The notes beneath the pieces are model-generated. The model was given only the letters and a program-made list of their open reading frames with translations. It was not told where the DNA came from and made no database searches. Both the position numbers and the translations under genes were made by a program. From Chthonomonadales bacterium (GTDB taxonomy: Bacteria; Armatimonadota; Chthonomonadetes; Chthonomonadales; CAJBBX01): a stretch of DNA of 48,848 nucleotides. Positions 8,469 to 18,977 of the stretch are shown here, piece after piece (position 1 is the stretch's first letter; each line of letters starts with the position of its first letter). The stretch lies in contig JBMFSQ010000025.1 of NCBI GenBank assembly GCA_049967475.1, positions 1 through 48,848 of the forward strand, read 5' to 3'.

Positions 8469-8890
8469 GCCAGCGGTTCCTTGCTGCAACAGTGCGATCA
8501 TTCTACCCGCGGGGTTGCTGCCTGTCAATCAGCCGGCCTGCCGGGCATAACGGCGCGGGCAAAAGATTGGTCAATGGAGGCGACCTCCTGCAACGGACAG
8601 CAGCAGTTTGGCTGTATCGGCGACCGTTGCGCAGGCGAGTGCGGCATGGGTCCGGAAGGAGCGTTCCGGAACTCTTAATCGCCGGGGCGGCCGGAGGTTG
8701 GCGTGTTCGTATGCCGGGCTGCCCGCAGGGAGGAGGTGAGGGAACAGTCCGCCAGATCGAATCCACTCCCTCCTAGAGAGGCCAGGACCGGCGGCCGGAG
8801 CGCGGACGTGTGACGAGATGCACGGCGCATTCTCTGCAGGCACCGTCGCCGCGCGCCGGATGCGCCGCGCGCAGAAGCCGTTCCCGATCG

Positions 8891-9154
8891 TTAGGAGCAC
8901 TCGCGGGTGCAAACGTAGCGAACGCGCTCACCGCCGTCCAGGATCTCCACCCGTGCTGGGGCCTGACATCGGGGGCAGCGGGGTTCTTCTAAAGAGAGCA
9001 GAATGTATCTGCTGTGGTAATCCCCTTCGGAGGTGAAGTAAAGGTCGTGCAAGATCCAGCCTGCTTCCAGCAGGTCATTTACGGCCGAAGCACGCACTTC
9101 TGCGATGCGCTTCACCGCATGCAGGTCTATCTCCCGCCCAACTTCGTGTTCCAT
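8891..9154 (-). CDS. Small hypothetical protein with C-terminal zinc-ribbon-like motif
   Basis: GGAGG RBS before ATG 9154. 87 aa with CPRC...CTREC. Confidence 0.7.
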   Translation of the reverse strand: MEHEVGREIDLHAVKRIAEVRASAVNDLLEAGWILHDLYFTSEGDYHSRYILLSLEEPRCPRCQAPARVEILDGGERVRYVCTRECS

Positions 9155-9256
9155 AGTTTGCCTCCGGTACGAGATGCCGATGGGAAGCGGGCGGAGCCTC
9201 ATTCGCTTCCCCGCCCGCCGTCATTACCGTCGTCCATCGCCGCCCTAGGCGCCGGC

Positions 9257-10282
9257 CTATCGAACGCGCCGGGCCCCCCGGAACCGCTCCCGGTAATAAC
9301 CCGAACTCAAACTGTCAACCCGTACACTTCCGCCGGCGCTGGAGGCATGGACGAACTTGCCGTTGCCCACGTAAATGCCCACATGGGAGATGCCTCTCCG
9401 CGTAGTGTGGAAGAAGACCAGGTCCCCCTGTCTAAGATGACCTGCCGGCACCTTCCTCCCGACGTGAAACTGCTCTTCCGCCGAATGAGGGAGGACGATG
9501 CCCTTGCGCGCATAGACGTAACGCGTGAACCCCGAACAATCGAAGCCACGCCGCCCGGAGCCGCCGTAATGATAAGGCGTCCCACGGTATGCGAAGGCGG
9601 TGCGCACGATATCGGAAGTGCCGGGGCTTACGCGGGCGGCAACGCGCCTGTGCTCATGCCTGCGGTGGCTCGATGCTACCCGTGGGGCGTGGTGCATGCG
9701 CGCTATTGCCCGGCGGTGGAGGCGGGCCAGCCGCTCCTTCTTGGCATGCTGTGCGGAGCGAAGCCTTCGCCTGGCCACATCGGATGCCATCCGGTGCGGC
9801 GCCTTCTCCCGCGCGACACGGGCGGCCGAGCCGGAGATCTTGAGAAAATCACCCTTCACCCAACCCACAGACCCGCCGGCCAGCTTTACTTGAACCCAGT
9901 CTCCAGCGCGAGCCGTGGCAGTAAGCGGGGCGCCGTGATCCAGAAGAGTGACGCGCCGGCTCTGCTCCGACGGCCCCAATCGAATGGACACGCGGTCCCC
10001 GTTGATCCAGGCGCGCAGGTGCATCGTTGTGGGGCGGCGCACTGGCTTTGGCGGATCGGGGATCACCAGCCGATGCCCGTCTATGAGCAGAGCATTGACG
10101 GAAATGTGGTTCGCCCGGGCGATGTCTTTTACGGACACATGGTACTTCCGCGCGAGGCTGTCCAGGGACATACCGGGACCGATGGTTACAGTTCGGGGAC
10201 CTGCCTGAGCCCCTAGGGCCAAACAGGTTGCTGCGACGCTCGTGAGCGCCCAACGAAGCAGGTGAGACCTCATCAGTTTCAC
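9257..10282 (-). CDS. LysM-SH3b-NlpC/P60 peptidoglycan endopeptidase
   Basis: Signal peptide, LysM (SLDSLARKYHVSVKDIARAN), SH3b (IRLGPS...WVQVKL..GWV), NlpC/P60 (YRGTPYHYGG, FDCSGF, HVGIYVGNGKFVHASS). Confidence 0.95.
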   Translation of the reverse strand: MKLMRSHLLRWALTSVAATCLALGAQAGPRTVTIGPGMSLDSLARKYHVSVKDIARANHISVNALLIDGHRLVIPDPPKPVRRPTTMHLRAWINGDRVSIRLGPSEQSRRVTLLDHGAPLTATARAGDWVQVKLAGGSVGWVKGDFLKISGSAARVAREKAPHRMASDVARRRLRSAQHAKKERLARLHRRAIARMHHAPRVASSHRRHEHRRVAARVSPGTSDIVRTAFAYRGTPYHYGGSGRRGFDCSGFTRYVYARKGIVLPHSAEEQFHVGRKVPAGHLRQGDLVFFHTTRRGISHVGIYVGNGKFVHASSAGGSVRVDSLSSGYYRERFRGARRVR

Positions 10283-10416
10283 TTTCCTTCCGTGGCGTCA
10301 TGAGGCGCGCTGCAGCATGGCGGGCGCCTCCAAGCTCTTATGGGGGATCAGCGGCGGAGCGAACGCTAGGCTCCCCTTCGAAGAAGCTGCATTCGCAACC
10401 GCCTCCAGATGCGCCG

Positions 10417-10446
10417 ATTGTATCCCAATGCCCAAATGTTTGTCAA
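10417..10446 (-). promoter_or_regulatory. sigma70-type promoter of the NlpC/P60 gene
   Basis: Minus strand TTGACA (10446-10441), 18-nt spacer, TACAAT (10422-10417). Confidence 0.7.
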
Positions 10447-10479
10447 CCGCAGGATCGGCTTTCCCGATAGTCGGATTGC

Positions 10480-13400
10480 TCATTCGCCGGCTCGGCGGCT
10501 GGCTGCAGGAAGACTTGGGCTGCCTCGTTGCAAACCTACTTGCGCCTCCACCCTCGAGCAAGCAGCGGCGAGATCCTTGACTGGAGCCCCAACAGCCACT
10601 TCCCCCAAATCGAAGTGGAGCGCGGCCCCTGTTTCCCGCCGTCCATTCCCAATGTGCTCCGGAAGACCCACGCTCCAAACAAGGGCCGCAGCCGGGCGCT
10701 GGGGCGCAAGGTGCACCACGGGCTGCTGATGGGGAAGCACCAGGAGCCTGCGTGACTGGGTCAGATCCTGCCCGTCAAGCGAAACGATGCCGAAAAGTCC
10801 CCCGGAGTGTGCGAGCATCTTTCCCGCAATCTCGATGCTGCCGTCGCTCTCGGCTGCGATGACTTTACCTGTGCTGCTGACGGCGATGGACACACAGCCT
10901 CCGGGAGCCACGTCCACTGCTGCGTGCGCCTCCGGCAAGGCGATGCGCAGCACGTTGGATCCTTCGTCTTTGCGCATGAGCGTGTAGAGGCTGCCGGCGC
11001 CCTTCAGATGCTGTACGAAAACACGCACGGGCGCATGTTCGGGGGAGATGCGGATGGGAAGAAGGCCGGCATGCGCCACGAACTGGGTGTAGATGCTCTC
11101 ACCGGCCGGCTGGCGGCGAAGTTCTAGAGGATAGGGCACAAAGAAGACCCCGCCGGTGCCTACGCGCGCTACGACGGGCGGAGTGCCGAAGGTGTATTCC
11201 CGCACTTGGAAGGGAGGCATGGGCGGTCGCTCAGGAAGGCCCAGTTCTCTATAGCGTGCGGTGCGCGTAGGCCGCCGCAATGCATCGAAGGCGATGTCCC
11301 CGGAGATGTAGAGCCACCCGCCGTTTCGGACCCACGCTGCCACCTTCTGGAACACGTTATCCGGCGGGCAATAAGGAAGAGGCCACACGATTGCCCGCGC
11401 GGATCTGGGTATGGCTGCACCGCGGGCAAGTTCGTCCTCGTTGAGGATGCCGAAGGGCACATTCTGGTCTAACAGAAGACCCACTGCGTGCTGGAGGCCC
11501 TCATGGATGGCGTGAAACTGTGGGCCGATGCGCATGGTGTCGGGTATCAGAAGGTAGAGTTGAGGCGGCGCGTAGCGGGTGGGCAGGAAGCCGGCGAAGA
11601 GTGAACCCTGCGTCAGCTCGACGAGCCAGGGCTTGGCCACGTGTTCGCCCCGCTGCACAAGGCCCCAGGGAAACTCCATCTCATCGAAGTCCTTCCAATC
11701 CCATGCGGCAAGGAAGGCGGCGCCCATGCCGAGGCATGTGTGCAGCGTCGCGGCGAAGCGCGCGGTAGATGCGGCTACCGGAACGCTGGTGCTCCCCTGC
11801 GTGCGGGCATCATGGGCTTCCTGGGCGCCGAACTCCCCCAAACTGAACCCTTTGCCGTAAACGCTGCGGTCTATCAGCTTCAATTCCAGAGGCAGCGTTT
11901 CCAGGGGACCGTAATAATGCATGTTGGAGAAGGTAGTGAACTGTGTCCCCAGGATCTTGTCTGCGGGTGCCATGGTGGGGAGGAAGCCTACGGTAACCAG
12001 CGCATCCGGATTGCCCTCGTGGATGCCCCGCACATTCGCCCGGATCCAACGGTTGAGCAGGTACACCTCGAAGCGCTTGCGGTCTACAGAACGTACGTCA
12101 TCCCATTCGTCTGTAGTTCGGCCCAATGGGACGTCGGGCAGGCTTGCTTCGGGAGGATGGAGCCTCCATGCATTTCGGAGCTCTGCGTCGCTTCCGTAGC
12201 GCTCCTTGAGGAAGCGGTTCCACAAGGCGCGCACCGGGGGAGTGTCGGGAACATCCACCGCAGGTTCATTCTGCACATCGAACATGATGCCGGGCACATT
12301 GCGGTAGCGGGCAGCCCAGAAGCGATCCCAATCGGCCTGGGCCTCGAGCTCTTCGTCGGTGAGGGCCACTCCTTGCCAATCGTGCAGGCTCAAGAAGAGG
12401 GCCACACGATGCCGCATGGCGCATTGCACAATCGCGTCCATTTGCCGGCACAGGCGCCGGGGCCGGTGGAACAGATCTGCCGGCGTATTCTGCGCCACCC
12501 CGTCGTATCCGCGAGCGGCGAACGGCGAAAAGTGGAGGATGCGCAGGATGTGGAGGTTGGCCGCTGCCATCTGGGCGAAATCCTGATCCCAAACCAGCGG
12601 GTTCTCATGGCGGGAGTAAAACATCATTCCGGTTTGGTTGGCGCCCGCCAAAAACTGGGGCCTCCCGTCTACCGTCAGGCGGTTGCCCTTCCATCCCAAC
12701 CTGGGGCCGCCGGATGCGATAGGATCCCGCCATACGGCGAGGGCGCCCTCGATGCGGTCCCATACGCGATGTTCCGGTTCCAGGACAAGCGTTGCCGTAA
12801 GCACGCAAAGCGCAGGAGTGCGCGGGCCGATGGGCAAATCTGCGGTAATCTTCTGCTCCGAAGCAGGCGGAAGGATCAAAGGGCGGCGAAGCAGGATGCG
12901 GCTGCCGGCCTTGACGCTGACCGTAACACGCTCGTTGCGGCCTCCCTGGTTGGCAACCCACACGCTGATATGGGCTGTTTCGCCGCTTCGGTAGCACGCC
13001 AAGTCCGATTGGAGATCGTGCAGGGTGACCTTACGGGTAATAATCTCCAGCACCTGTGCCAGAAGGCGCCGGCGTGAAGGTGTGGCGCAGAACAAGTCGG
13101 TTCCGGAAGTGACACCCGAGAAGGCCCAACTGCTTCCCTTGAAGATCCCGCGCAGGTTGTGCATCACGGCGAGCACCGCGCCGCGGGGCCTGCCTTGGGC
13201 ATCTTCGGCTTCCAGCACAGGTTCCCAGCGGCGCATCACGGGCGGGAAGACCGGGTTATTATCGCCGATGAGGCCGCACGCAGCGAACCCAGAAAGGTGT
13301 GTCCGCCACCGCCGGCGAGAGCCTTCGGGCCAAACCTGGCGCACCGCATCCACATTCTCCAAATGGAACTGGGGATTGAACACGCCGATCTGCTCCGGAG

Positions 13401-14391
13401 CGAACGTCATGGCGTCGCCCGGACGGCCGATGCGGGTGTTGAGGGGGACTTCTCCTGTGGAAGCCCCGCCCATTTCGGCAGCGGTGGTGCCGGATCCCTC
13501 GGATACCCAGCCCTCCGCCGTAAGCACAACAGGCTCGTCGAAGGCGTATCCACCCGTGGCCAGAAAGCTGCCCCCAGCTTTGAGGTACGCCAGGAATGAG
13601 GCTCTGGCTGCCGCCGGGAAATAGGGGCCGAAGGGCAGTACTACCGCGTCGAAGTTCTCCCGGTTGAATATCGCACTATCGGCGAAATCCCCTGCCAGGA
13701 TGCGGGTGCAACCGAAGCCTTCCTTCTGCAGTACCTGTGCGATCTTCGCCGGCGGGTGGGCAGTGTGGAAGTTGCCGGGTAGACGATCGCCCAGGTCCAG
13801 CACAGCGATGGAACCGCGCGGCCCTCGCTGAACGTGGAGCGAAGGCGTTTTGGGCAGAGGGAATGCGCCGCCCGGCGCCCGAACTTCCCAGGCCATGTCT
13901 TGTACGGTCACCTCCAAGTCGCCGAAGTTGCACCCAAGGAGCATGCGGTCTGCCAGCGGCATGTTGCGGTTCCCAGTTCCTCGCGCCTCGAAGGCAAAAC
14001 CCGCAACAGGCATCCGCACCTGATAAGTTCCCGGCGAAAGCTCGCCCACGGATCTCCCCTTCACGCGCACCTGCTGAACCCAGGCATCGCCATCGGGTTC
14101 CAGCAGCCAGATGTGCATGGCAGCTTGCGCAGACGCGTGGTGCACCACCAGTCTGAAGGCGAGGGCGACGGCATTGGGGGGAACGCGGCAGGGGCCCACG
14201 AGGTTCCCCCAATGCGGCGCGTCATCAACGTATCGAAGCAGGATGCCGCCGGCCGGGTCTTGAGAAAAGGTCACTGGGCGGCCGCCGTCCGGGTTCGGCT
14301 TCCACTCCGAGATGTTGCGGAATGCGTGGAGGGGCACGAGGCTTGCTTGGGCGATCCCAAGGCCGGCCATGCACAGAAAGAGAACGTTCAT
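10480..14391 (-). CDS. Large secreted clan GH-A glycoside hydrolase (GH5/GH42-like) with long N-terminal accessory region
   Basis: Signal peptide. TIM-barrel motifs FLAGAN, LHILRILHF, acid/base DVQNEP, WNRFLKERYG..LRNAW, NMHYY, nucleophile LGEFG. C-terminal GH42 trimerisation-like region. ATGA overlap with the upstream gene. Confidence 0.8.
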   Translation of the reverse strand: MNVLFLCMAGLGIAQASLVPLHAFRNISEWKPNPDGGRPVTFSQDPAGGILLRYVDDAPHWGNLVGPCRVPPNAVALAFRLVVHHASAQAAMHIWLLEPDGDAWVQQVRVKGRSVGELSPGTYQVRMPVAGFAFEARGTGNRNMPLADRMLLGCNFGDLEVTVQDMAWEVRAPGGAFPLPKTPSLHVQRGPRGSIAVLDLGDRLPGNFHTAHPPAKIAQVLQKEGFGCTRILAGDFADSAIFNRENFDAVVLPFGPYFPAAARASFLAYLKAGGSFLATGGYAFDEPVVLTAEGWVSEGSGTTAAEMGGASTGEVPLNTRIGRPGDAMTFAPEQIGVFNPQFHLENVDAVRQVWPEGSRRRWRTHLSGFAACGLIGDNNPVFPPVMRRWEPVLEAEDAQGRPRGAVLAVMHNLRGIFKGSSWAFSGVTSGTDLFCATPSRRRLLAQVLEIITRKVTLHDLQSDLACYRSGETAHISVWVANQGGRNERVTVSVKAGSRILLRRPLILPPASEQKITADLPIGPRTPALCVLTATLVLEPEHRVWDRIEGALAVWRDPIASGGPRLGWKGNRLTVDGRPQFLAGANQTGMMFYSRHENPLVWDQDFAQMAAANLHILRILHFSPFAARGYDGVAQNTPADLFHRPRRLCRQMDAIVQCAMRHRVALFLSLHDWQGVALTDEELEAQADWDRFWAARYRNVPGIMFDVQNEPAVDVPDTPPVRALWNRFLKERYGSDAELRNAWRLHPPEASLPDVPLGRTTDEWDDVRSVDRKRFEVYLLNRWIRANVRGIHEGNPDALVTVGFLPTMAPADKILGTQFTTFSNMHYYGPLETLPLELKLIDRSVYGKGFSLGEFGAQEAHDARTQGSTSVPVAASTARFAATLHTCLGMGAAFLAAWDWKDFDEMEFPWGLVQRGEHVAKPWLVELTQGSLFAGFLPTRYAPPQLYLLIPDTMRIGPQFHAIHEGLQHAVGLLLDQNVPFGILNEDELARGAAIPRSARAIVWPLPYCPPDNVFQKVAAWVRNGGWLYISGDIAFDALRRPTRTARYRELGLPERPPMPPFQVREYTFGTPPVVARVGTGGVFFVPYPLELRRQPAGESIYTQFVAHAGLLPIRISPEHAPVRVFVQHLKGAGSLYTLMRKDEGSNVLRIALPEAHAAVDVAPGGCVSIAVSSTGKVIAAESDGSIEIAGKMLAHSGGLFGIVSLDGQDLTQSRRLLVLPHQQPVVHLAPQRPAAALVWSVGLPEHIGNGRRETGAALHFDLGEVAVGAPVKDLAAACSRVEAQVGLQRGSPSLPAASRRAGE

Positions 14392-15845
14392 CGCCGTTGC
14401 CCGTTCCGGCCCCACCGATCCGCGTCTACAGATCGCTGCTCGCCGCTCGCTACTCGTCTTTGCATTGGAAGCACCTCGATCGTGCTGAGGGGATACCACC
14501 CGTCTGCATCACGGCCTTCGATGGCCAGGCGAACTGCCGGTTTGCGGCTGCCGCTGTCCATCACTCCGATGGAGAGGGTATATCGTCCGGGTTTAAGATC
14601 GTCCTCCAAAGCGAAGGATGCTTTCATCGCGTGTACTCCAGGAAGCATGCCGCGGAAGCCCGCGGTGGTGCCGTACACGGAGCCAAAGGCGCCGGTCACT
14701 CCTGTGGGAGTGAGCCGCACAGCCAGGGTAAGATCGCGATAGGGCGGCGCCACTCCTTCATTCTCCCACTCCATCGCGAGTTGCAGCGGGGAACCGGCCG
14801 GGATGCGGGCCGGATGTTGCAGTCGGCGAAGAACGAGGCGGTACCCTAGCTTGCGTAGGAGGCGTTCCACCTCTGCCCGTGTCCCCTCCGGGATGGGAGC
14901 ACTCTTGTTGTTGATGAAGCTGGCATGGAGGTCGAGGGCATAATCGAAGATGTACCGGATATCCCATCCCTCCTGCTTCCACTTACGCATGTCCCAGCAG
15001 GTTTCGAAGGCTACGGGAGCACTCTTCCAGGCATCCTCCGCACCTGTGGATTTGAGCTGCTGGCGGTAGAAGTTCTGCATGTGGTTCCAGGTTTTGCTGA
15101 AGCCGCCCAGGTCCCCCAGGCAGTCGGCGCGCCATCCGCATCCGTGCGTCACGGCGTACTTCATGCCGGCGTCGCTCCCAATGAGCATCACCTTGGGAGT
15201 GCGGGGAAAGGCGCTTCGGTAGGCGTCTATGATGCGGACGACCGTGTCCGGCGCAGGCATCGCAACGGGCTTCCCGGTACCGAGATCCTTCGTGCCCGAC
15301 ATGTGCCACTCACCCCAGAGCCCCGCGGATCCGATATCCACCAGATCCAGTACGCCGCGGGCATCATATCGGCGCCCCAACTCGCGGATCAGGCGCAGGT
15401 GCTTCTCCAGAAAGAGGGGATCCTCCCAAAGCGGGACCCAGTGGCGGGCGCCCTCGAACTCGTACTCCACGCCCTTGCATCCTTCGTCCTTGAGCCACTG
15501 CGGCACATCCAGGTATTCGCTGGAACCGGTGCACATCACGCGAAAGGCTACACGTTGGCCGGCCAGACGCGCCCGGGCGAAGACGCTGTCCAGTTTGCGG
15601 AAGTCTATCTTCCCATCCTCCGGCTCAATCTCGCGCCAATACCAGCGGAAGTAGGCGCACGAGCTGGGCAGACCCGCGAGGGCGTCGTCCACGTTGGCGA
15701 AGGTGTGGAAGGTTTGCCAGCCCATTCCGGGGTTGGCGAAGATTTCGTTGCTGGGACGTGGGGTTACCTGCACCATTCCCTGGCCGACCGATCTTCCCAG
15801 CGGCGCCGCTGCAAAGAGTAAAGAGGATACGGCAAACAGGATCAT
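14388..15845 (-). CDS. DUF4832-type secreted glycoside hydrolase-like protein
   Basis: Signal peptide, NPGMGW, YFRWYWREIEP..G..DF, GSAGLWGEWH, GWRADCLG, LGYRLVL, NEGVAPPY. GGAGG RBS. Confidence 0.8.
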   Translation of the reverse strand: MILFAVSSLLFAAAPLGRSVGQGMVQVTPRPSNEIFANPGMGWQTFHTFANVDDALAGLPSSCAYFRWYWREIEPEDGKIDFRKLDSVFARARLAGQRVAFRVMCTGSSEYLDVPQWLKDEGCKGVEYEFEGARHWVPLWEDPLFLEKHLRLIRELGRRYDARGVLDLVDIGSAGLWGEWHMSGTKDLGTGKPVAMPAPDTVVRIIDAYRSAFPRTPKVMLIGSDAGMKYAVTHGCGWRADCLGDLGGFSKTWNHMQNFYRQQLKSTGAEDAWKSAPVAFETCWDMRKWKQEGWDIRYIFDYALDLHASFINNKSAPIPEGTRAEVERLLRKLGYRLVLRRLQHPARIPAGSPLQLAMEWENEGVAPPYRDLTLAVRLTPTGVTGAFGSVYGTTAGFRGMLPGVHAMKASFALEDDLKPGRYTLSIGVMDSGSRKPAVRLAIEGRDADGWYPLSTIEVLPMQRRVASGEQRSVDADRWGRNGQRR

Positions 15846-16014
15846 TGGTTTTTCCTCCCCCAGGCAATCGGATGAGGAGCTGCTCCGGTAATCCAATTGG
15901 CTCTTTCGATGCCCGATCCCTCCCCGTCTTTGGGGTTTGAGGCCCGAAGGAAGCAGAAGCATGCATGCCGAAGGTTACGCAATCATTCCAACTTCCTGCA
16001 AAGGTGGTGACACT

Positions 16015-18813
16015 ATGCTGGGTGTGCTCCGCGCCGGAGTGCTTGCGGCGCTGGCTTCGGTGCTCTTGACTGCCCGTGCGTCGGCTATGGACGAGGCGGG
16101 CCTCTTGGCTGCCGGCTTCGCGGGTGGAAGCCTGAAGGCATCCTTTGACCGGATCCCCGTCATCAGGGGCTCTCTTTTGCAGGTCTTCACCCAGGATGCG
16201 TCCCGAGGTTATAGTTCCAACTCAGATCCGCCGGTGGTAACGCGCAAGGAGCTGCCGGGAGGCCGGTATCTGTTGACGGCCCAGTTTGGGCGGGCCACTG
16301 AAGGCCGCTTCGCTGCCACCGAGTATGTGGAAGTGGATCCGGCCGGCCTCCTAACCATCCGCCTGAATGCCCTTTGGAAGGGAGACCGGCCTGTTCATGC
16401 CGAATGGGCGGCTGCCATGATCTGGGCGTATCCTCTGTGGAATGCGCAGTGGCAGGCCGACTTCCCCGATGGAACCCGGACGAACGGACGCATCAACCAG
16501 GTTCCGCAGCCCAATCCGCCCCTGGGCCAGATTTTGGCGCAAGGCTTCGCGGACTTGGCGGTCCATGCACGGGCATTCGATCTGAGAGTGCAGCCGGGCG
16601 AAGGATTTCCGGAGGTCCTTCTGTTGGATGGCCGATCCAACACGGCTCCTTGGGCTCAGGGCGACCGCCTCTTCTGGCTCGGAAGCATTCATACGCGGCT
16701 TGACCCAGGTGTCGCCGTTTCGCGCACACTTACACTAAGGTTCACGCGCAGCGCCGGGAGGCCCGCAGTCGGTCCCGTACTTCGCGTGCCGGCATCGTGG
16801 CGCAAGCTGCCTCCGCCGCCTCCTCCATCGTGGCCCCCTCTGCTGATCCCGCAGCCCAAACAGGTCCGGTTCACGGGCGACGTTTTTCGGTTGATGCCGG
16901 GAAGTTCGGTGGCCCTCCTAACGAAGGATGCGCGCCTGATGAGCGCTGCTCGGGAGTTGCTTGGCAGCCTTGGTCGCATTCGCTTTACCGGCAGTGCTTG
17001 GAAGGGCAGAGGCATTCTCCTTGTGGATGCCCGGGAACTCCCGTCCCGCCCCGATATCCAAGCATTCCTGGGCAAACAGGGCTGGCTCCCACCCGACCAT
17101 GCCGAGGGATATTGCCTGTATGTGGACGGCGCCTGTGCGGCCATCGTCGGTGCGGATGCTGCCGGCGCCTTCTACGGGCTCCAAACCCTGAGGCAGCTTG
17201 TGCGCCGGAGAGGTGCAGGTGCAGAGATTGCCGGCTGCGATATCGAAGACTGGCCTTCGCTTCCCTTCCGGGGCGCCCACCTCTTCACCGGCGTGAAAGC
17301 CTTGTCGTTTCATAAGAAGCTCATCCGGAACATCTTCAGCCGCTTCAAGCTCAACAGCCTCGTGCTCGAATGCGAATACACGCGGTGGCGCACCCATCCG
17401 GAGATCGCCGTCACCTTCGCCATGAGCAAGAAGGACCTTGCGGAAGATGTGGCGTTTGCGCGTTCGCACTTCCTCCAGCCCATTCCGCTCATACAGTCCT
17501 TGGGGCATTCCGAATGGGCCTTTCGGAACGGGCAGCATCTGGACTTGGCTGAGGATCGCGCCCATCCGAGTGCGCTCTGTCCCAACAATCCCAGCACGTA
17601 CCGCCTGGTGTTGGATGTGTATGGGGAAGCGCTGCAGCTCTTTCATCCCGCATATTTCCACATCGGGCACGACGAAGTAGGCATGTTCGGGCGTTTCCCT
17701 GCCCATCCATGGTGCCTGGCCCAAGGCCGCGACACGGTGGATGCGGCATCCAATCTGTTTGCCGAAGATGTGGCGAGGCTCAACGGGTGGCTCCGGGCGC
17801 GCGGCGTGCGCACCATGCTATGGGGTGACATGCTTCTGAGTCGATCCGAGATTTCCGATGCCGCGGCCAACGCGCCGACGCCTCAAGTGGCCGCCAAACG
17901 CCGGGCGGCACTTCCCAGGGATGTGGTCATCGCCGATTGGCACTACAACGCCCTCCCGCCGGAGCGCTTCCCAAGCGTGACCCTCTTTCACAACGAGGGG
18001 CTGCCTGTCATCGCGTCCACGTGGTACGACCCAGGAAACATCTATGGTTTTGCGCGCGCTGCTGTGCAGCAGGGAGCCCTGGGCCTTCTCCAAACGACCT
18101 GGGCGGGCTTCGACAGCCGGGAAGCCGTGTTGAAGCAGGAATTCCGCCAGTTCAGCGCCTTCATCCTGGCGGCGGAATACGCCTGGAGCGGGATCGCCCT
18201 CAAGCCCGATCAACTGCCCTACCGCCCGGAAGAAGTGTTCAAGGATGCCTGGGAAAACGCGGCGCTGCCGCCAATCGGCCAAGCGGAATGGGCGCTGGAT
18301 CTGAACGGTGCGTTCAATGACGTGGACACCCGCCTCTCTGGCCTCGCTTCGGGCATCCGCACATGCCGGCATCGCCAATTTCAGGTGGTATGCCGGGATG
18401 GCGGGACGGCTGTGATCCGTTTGGCGGGCCGGCTCAATTCCTCTTTGCACGCTTGGCCTAATGAGGTTGTGCTGCAGGTGAACGCAAAGGCCAGAGAGGT
18501 GGATTTCCTCCATGGCTGCACCTTCCCCGCGGCAGGTACTGTAGCTGCAGAGTACCGTGTGATGTACACGGACGGCCGAAGCATCGAGGTTCCGGTAGTG
18601 TACGGAGATGCCGTCGCGGCGCTGGACGATCTTCGCCCCGCATGGAATTCGGACCGGGTTTGCCGCGTGAGCGGCGCGGCGGGCCAGTCGTATGCACTGA
18701 GGCTCTTTCGATGGAAGAACCCAAGGCCAGCCGCGCCCATCAAGGAGATAAGCCTCAAGGCCGTGGATCCTGTTGCGGCGCCCTTGATTGCAGCCGTTAC
18801 GTGCGTTCGGTGA
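16015..18813 (+). CDS. GH20 beta-N-acetylhexosaminidase, multidomain
   Basis: LLIPQPKQV, EGYCL, GAFYGLQTLRQL, IEDWPSLPFRG, IPLIQSLGH, catalytic HIGHDE, MLWGDM. Signal peptide. Confidence 0.92.
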   Translation: MLGVLRAGVLAALASVLLTARASAMDEAGLLAAGFAGGSLKASFDRIPVIRGSLLQVFTQDASRGYSSNSDPPVVTRKELPGGRYLLTAQFGRATEGRFAATEYVEVDPAGLLTIRLNALWKGDRPVHAEWAAAMIWAYPLWNAQWQADFPDGTRTNGRINQVPQPNPPLGQILAQGFADLAVHARAFDLRVQPGEGFPEVLLLDGRSNTAPWAQGDRLFWLGSIHTRLDPGVAVSRTLTLRFTRSAGRPAVGPVLRVPASWRKLPPPPPPSWPPLLIPQPKQVRFTGDVFRLMPGSSVALLTKDARLMSAARELLGSLGRIRFTGSAWKGRGILLVDARELPSRPDIQAFLGKQGWLPPDHAEGYCLYVDGACAAIVGADAAGAFYGLQTLRQLVRRRGAGAEIAGCDIEDWPSLPFRGAHLFTGVKALSFHKKLIRNIFSRFKLNSLVLECEYTRWRTHPEIAVTFAMSKKDLAEDVAFARSHFLQPIPLIQSLGHSEWAFRNGQHLDLAEDRAHPSALCPNNPSTYRLVLDVYGEALQLFHPAYFHIGHDEVGMFGRFPAHPWCLAQGRDTVDAASNLFAEDVARLNGWLRARGVRTMLWGDMLLSRSEISDAAANAPTPQVAAKRRAALPRDVVIADWHYNALPPERFPSVTLFHNEGLPVIASTWYDPGNIYGFARAAVQQGALGLLQTTWAGFDSREAVLKQEFRQFSAFILAAEYAWSGIALKPDQLPYRPEEVFKDAWENAALPPIGQAEWALDLNGAFNDVDTRLSGLASGIRTCRHRQFQVVCRDGGTAVIRLAGRLNSSLHAWPNEVVLQVNAKAREVDFLHGCTFPAAGTVAAEYRVMYTDGRSIEVPVVYGDAVAALDDLRPAWNSDRVCRVSGAAGQSYALRLFRWKNPRPAAPIKEISLKAVDPVAAPLIAAVTCVR

Positions 18814-18977
18814 GACCGGCCCGACGAAGATTGGGTAGGACTAGGGAACTTATCCCCGGTACATATTACCCTTGCGCAAGAGGCTGTAAGTAAGCGTAGA
18901 ATTGAAACATTATACCGGGGCTCACCGGTAGAATAACGCAAGAGATCCCGAAGGGCGCACGACCCATGGAGATTACC

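Noticed and set aside
8503..8890. Short ORFs (for example 8503-8766 minus) in the gap upstream of the sugar ABC genes
   Set aside because: Low-complexity translations, an RBS-like sequence too close to the GTG, and no motif or convincing RNA structure.
9182..9218. Two overlapping alternative 8-bp stems between the NlpC/P60 gene and the small Zn-ribbon gene
   Set aside because: Short GC-rich stems without a U-tract, expected by chance at this GC content.
10283..10416. Long 5' leader of the NlpC/P60 gene as a possible c-di-AMP (ydaO) riboswitch
   Set aside because: The context fits, but I cannot find the conserved GCTGAA/GGGGAC/GGGGTGAA elements. An Rfam scan would settle it.
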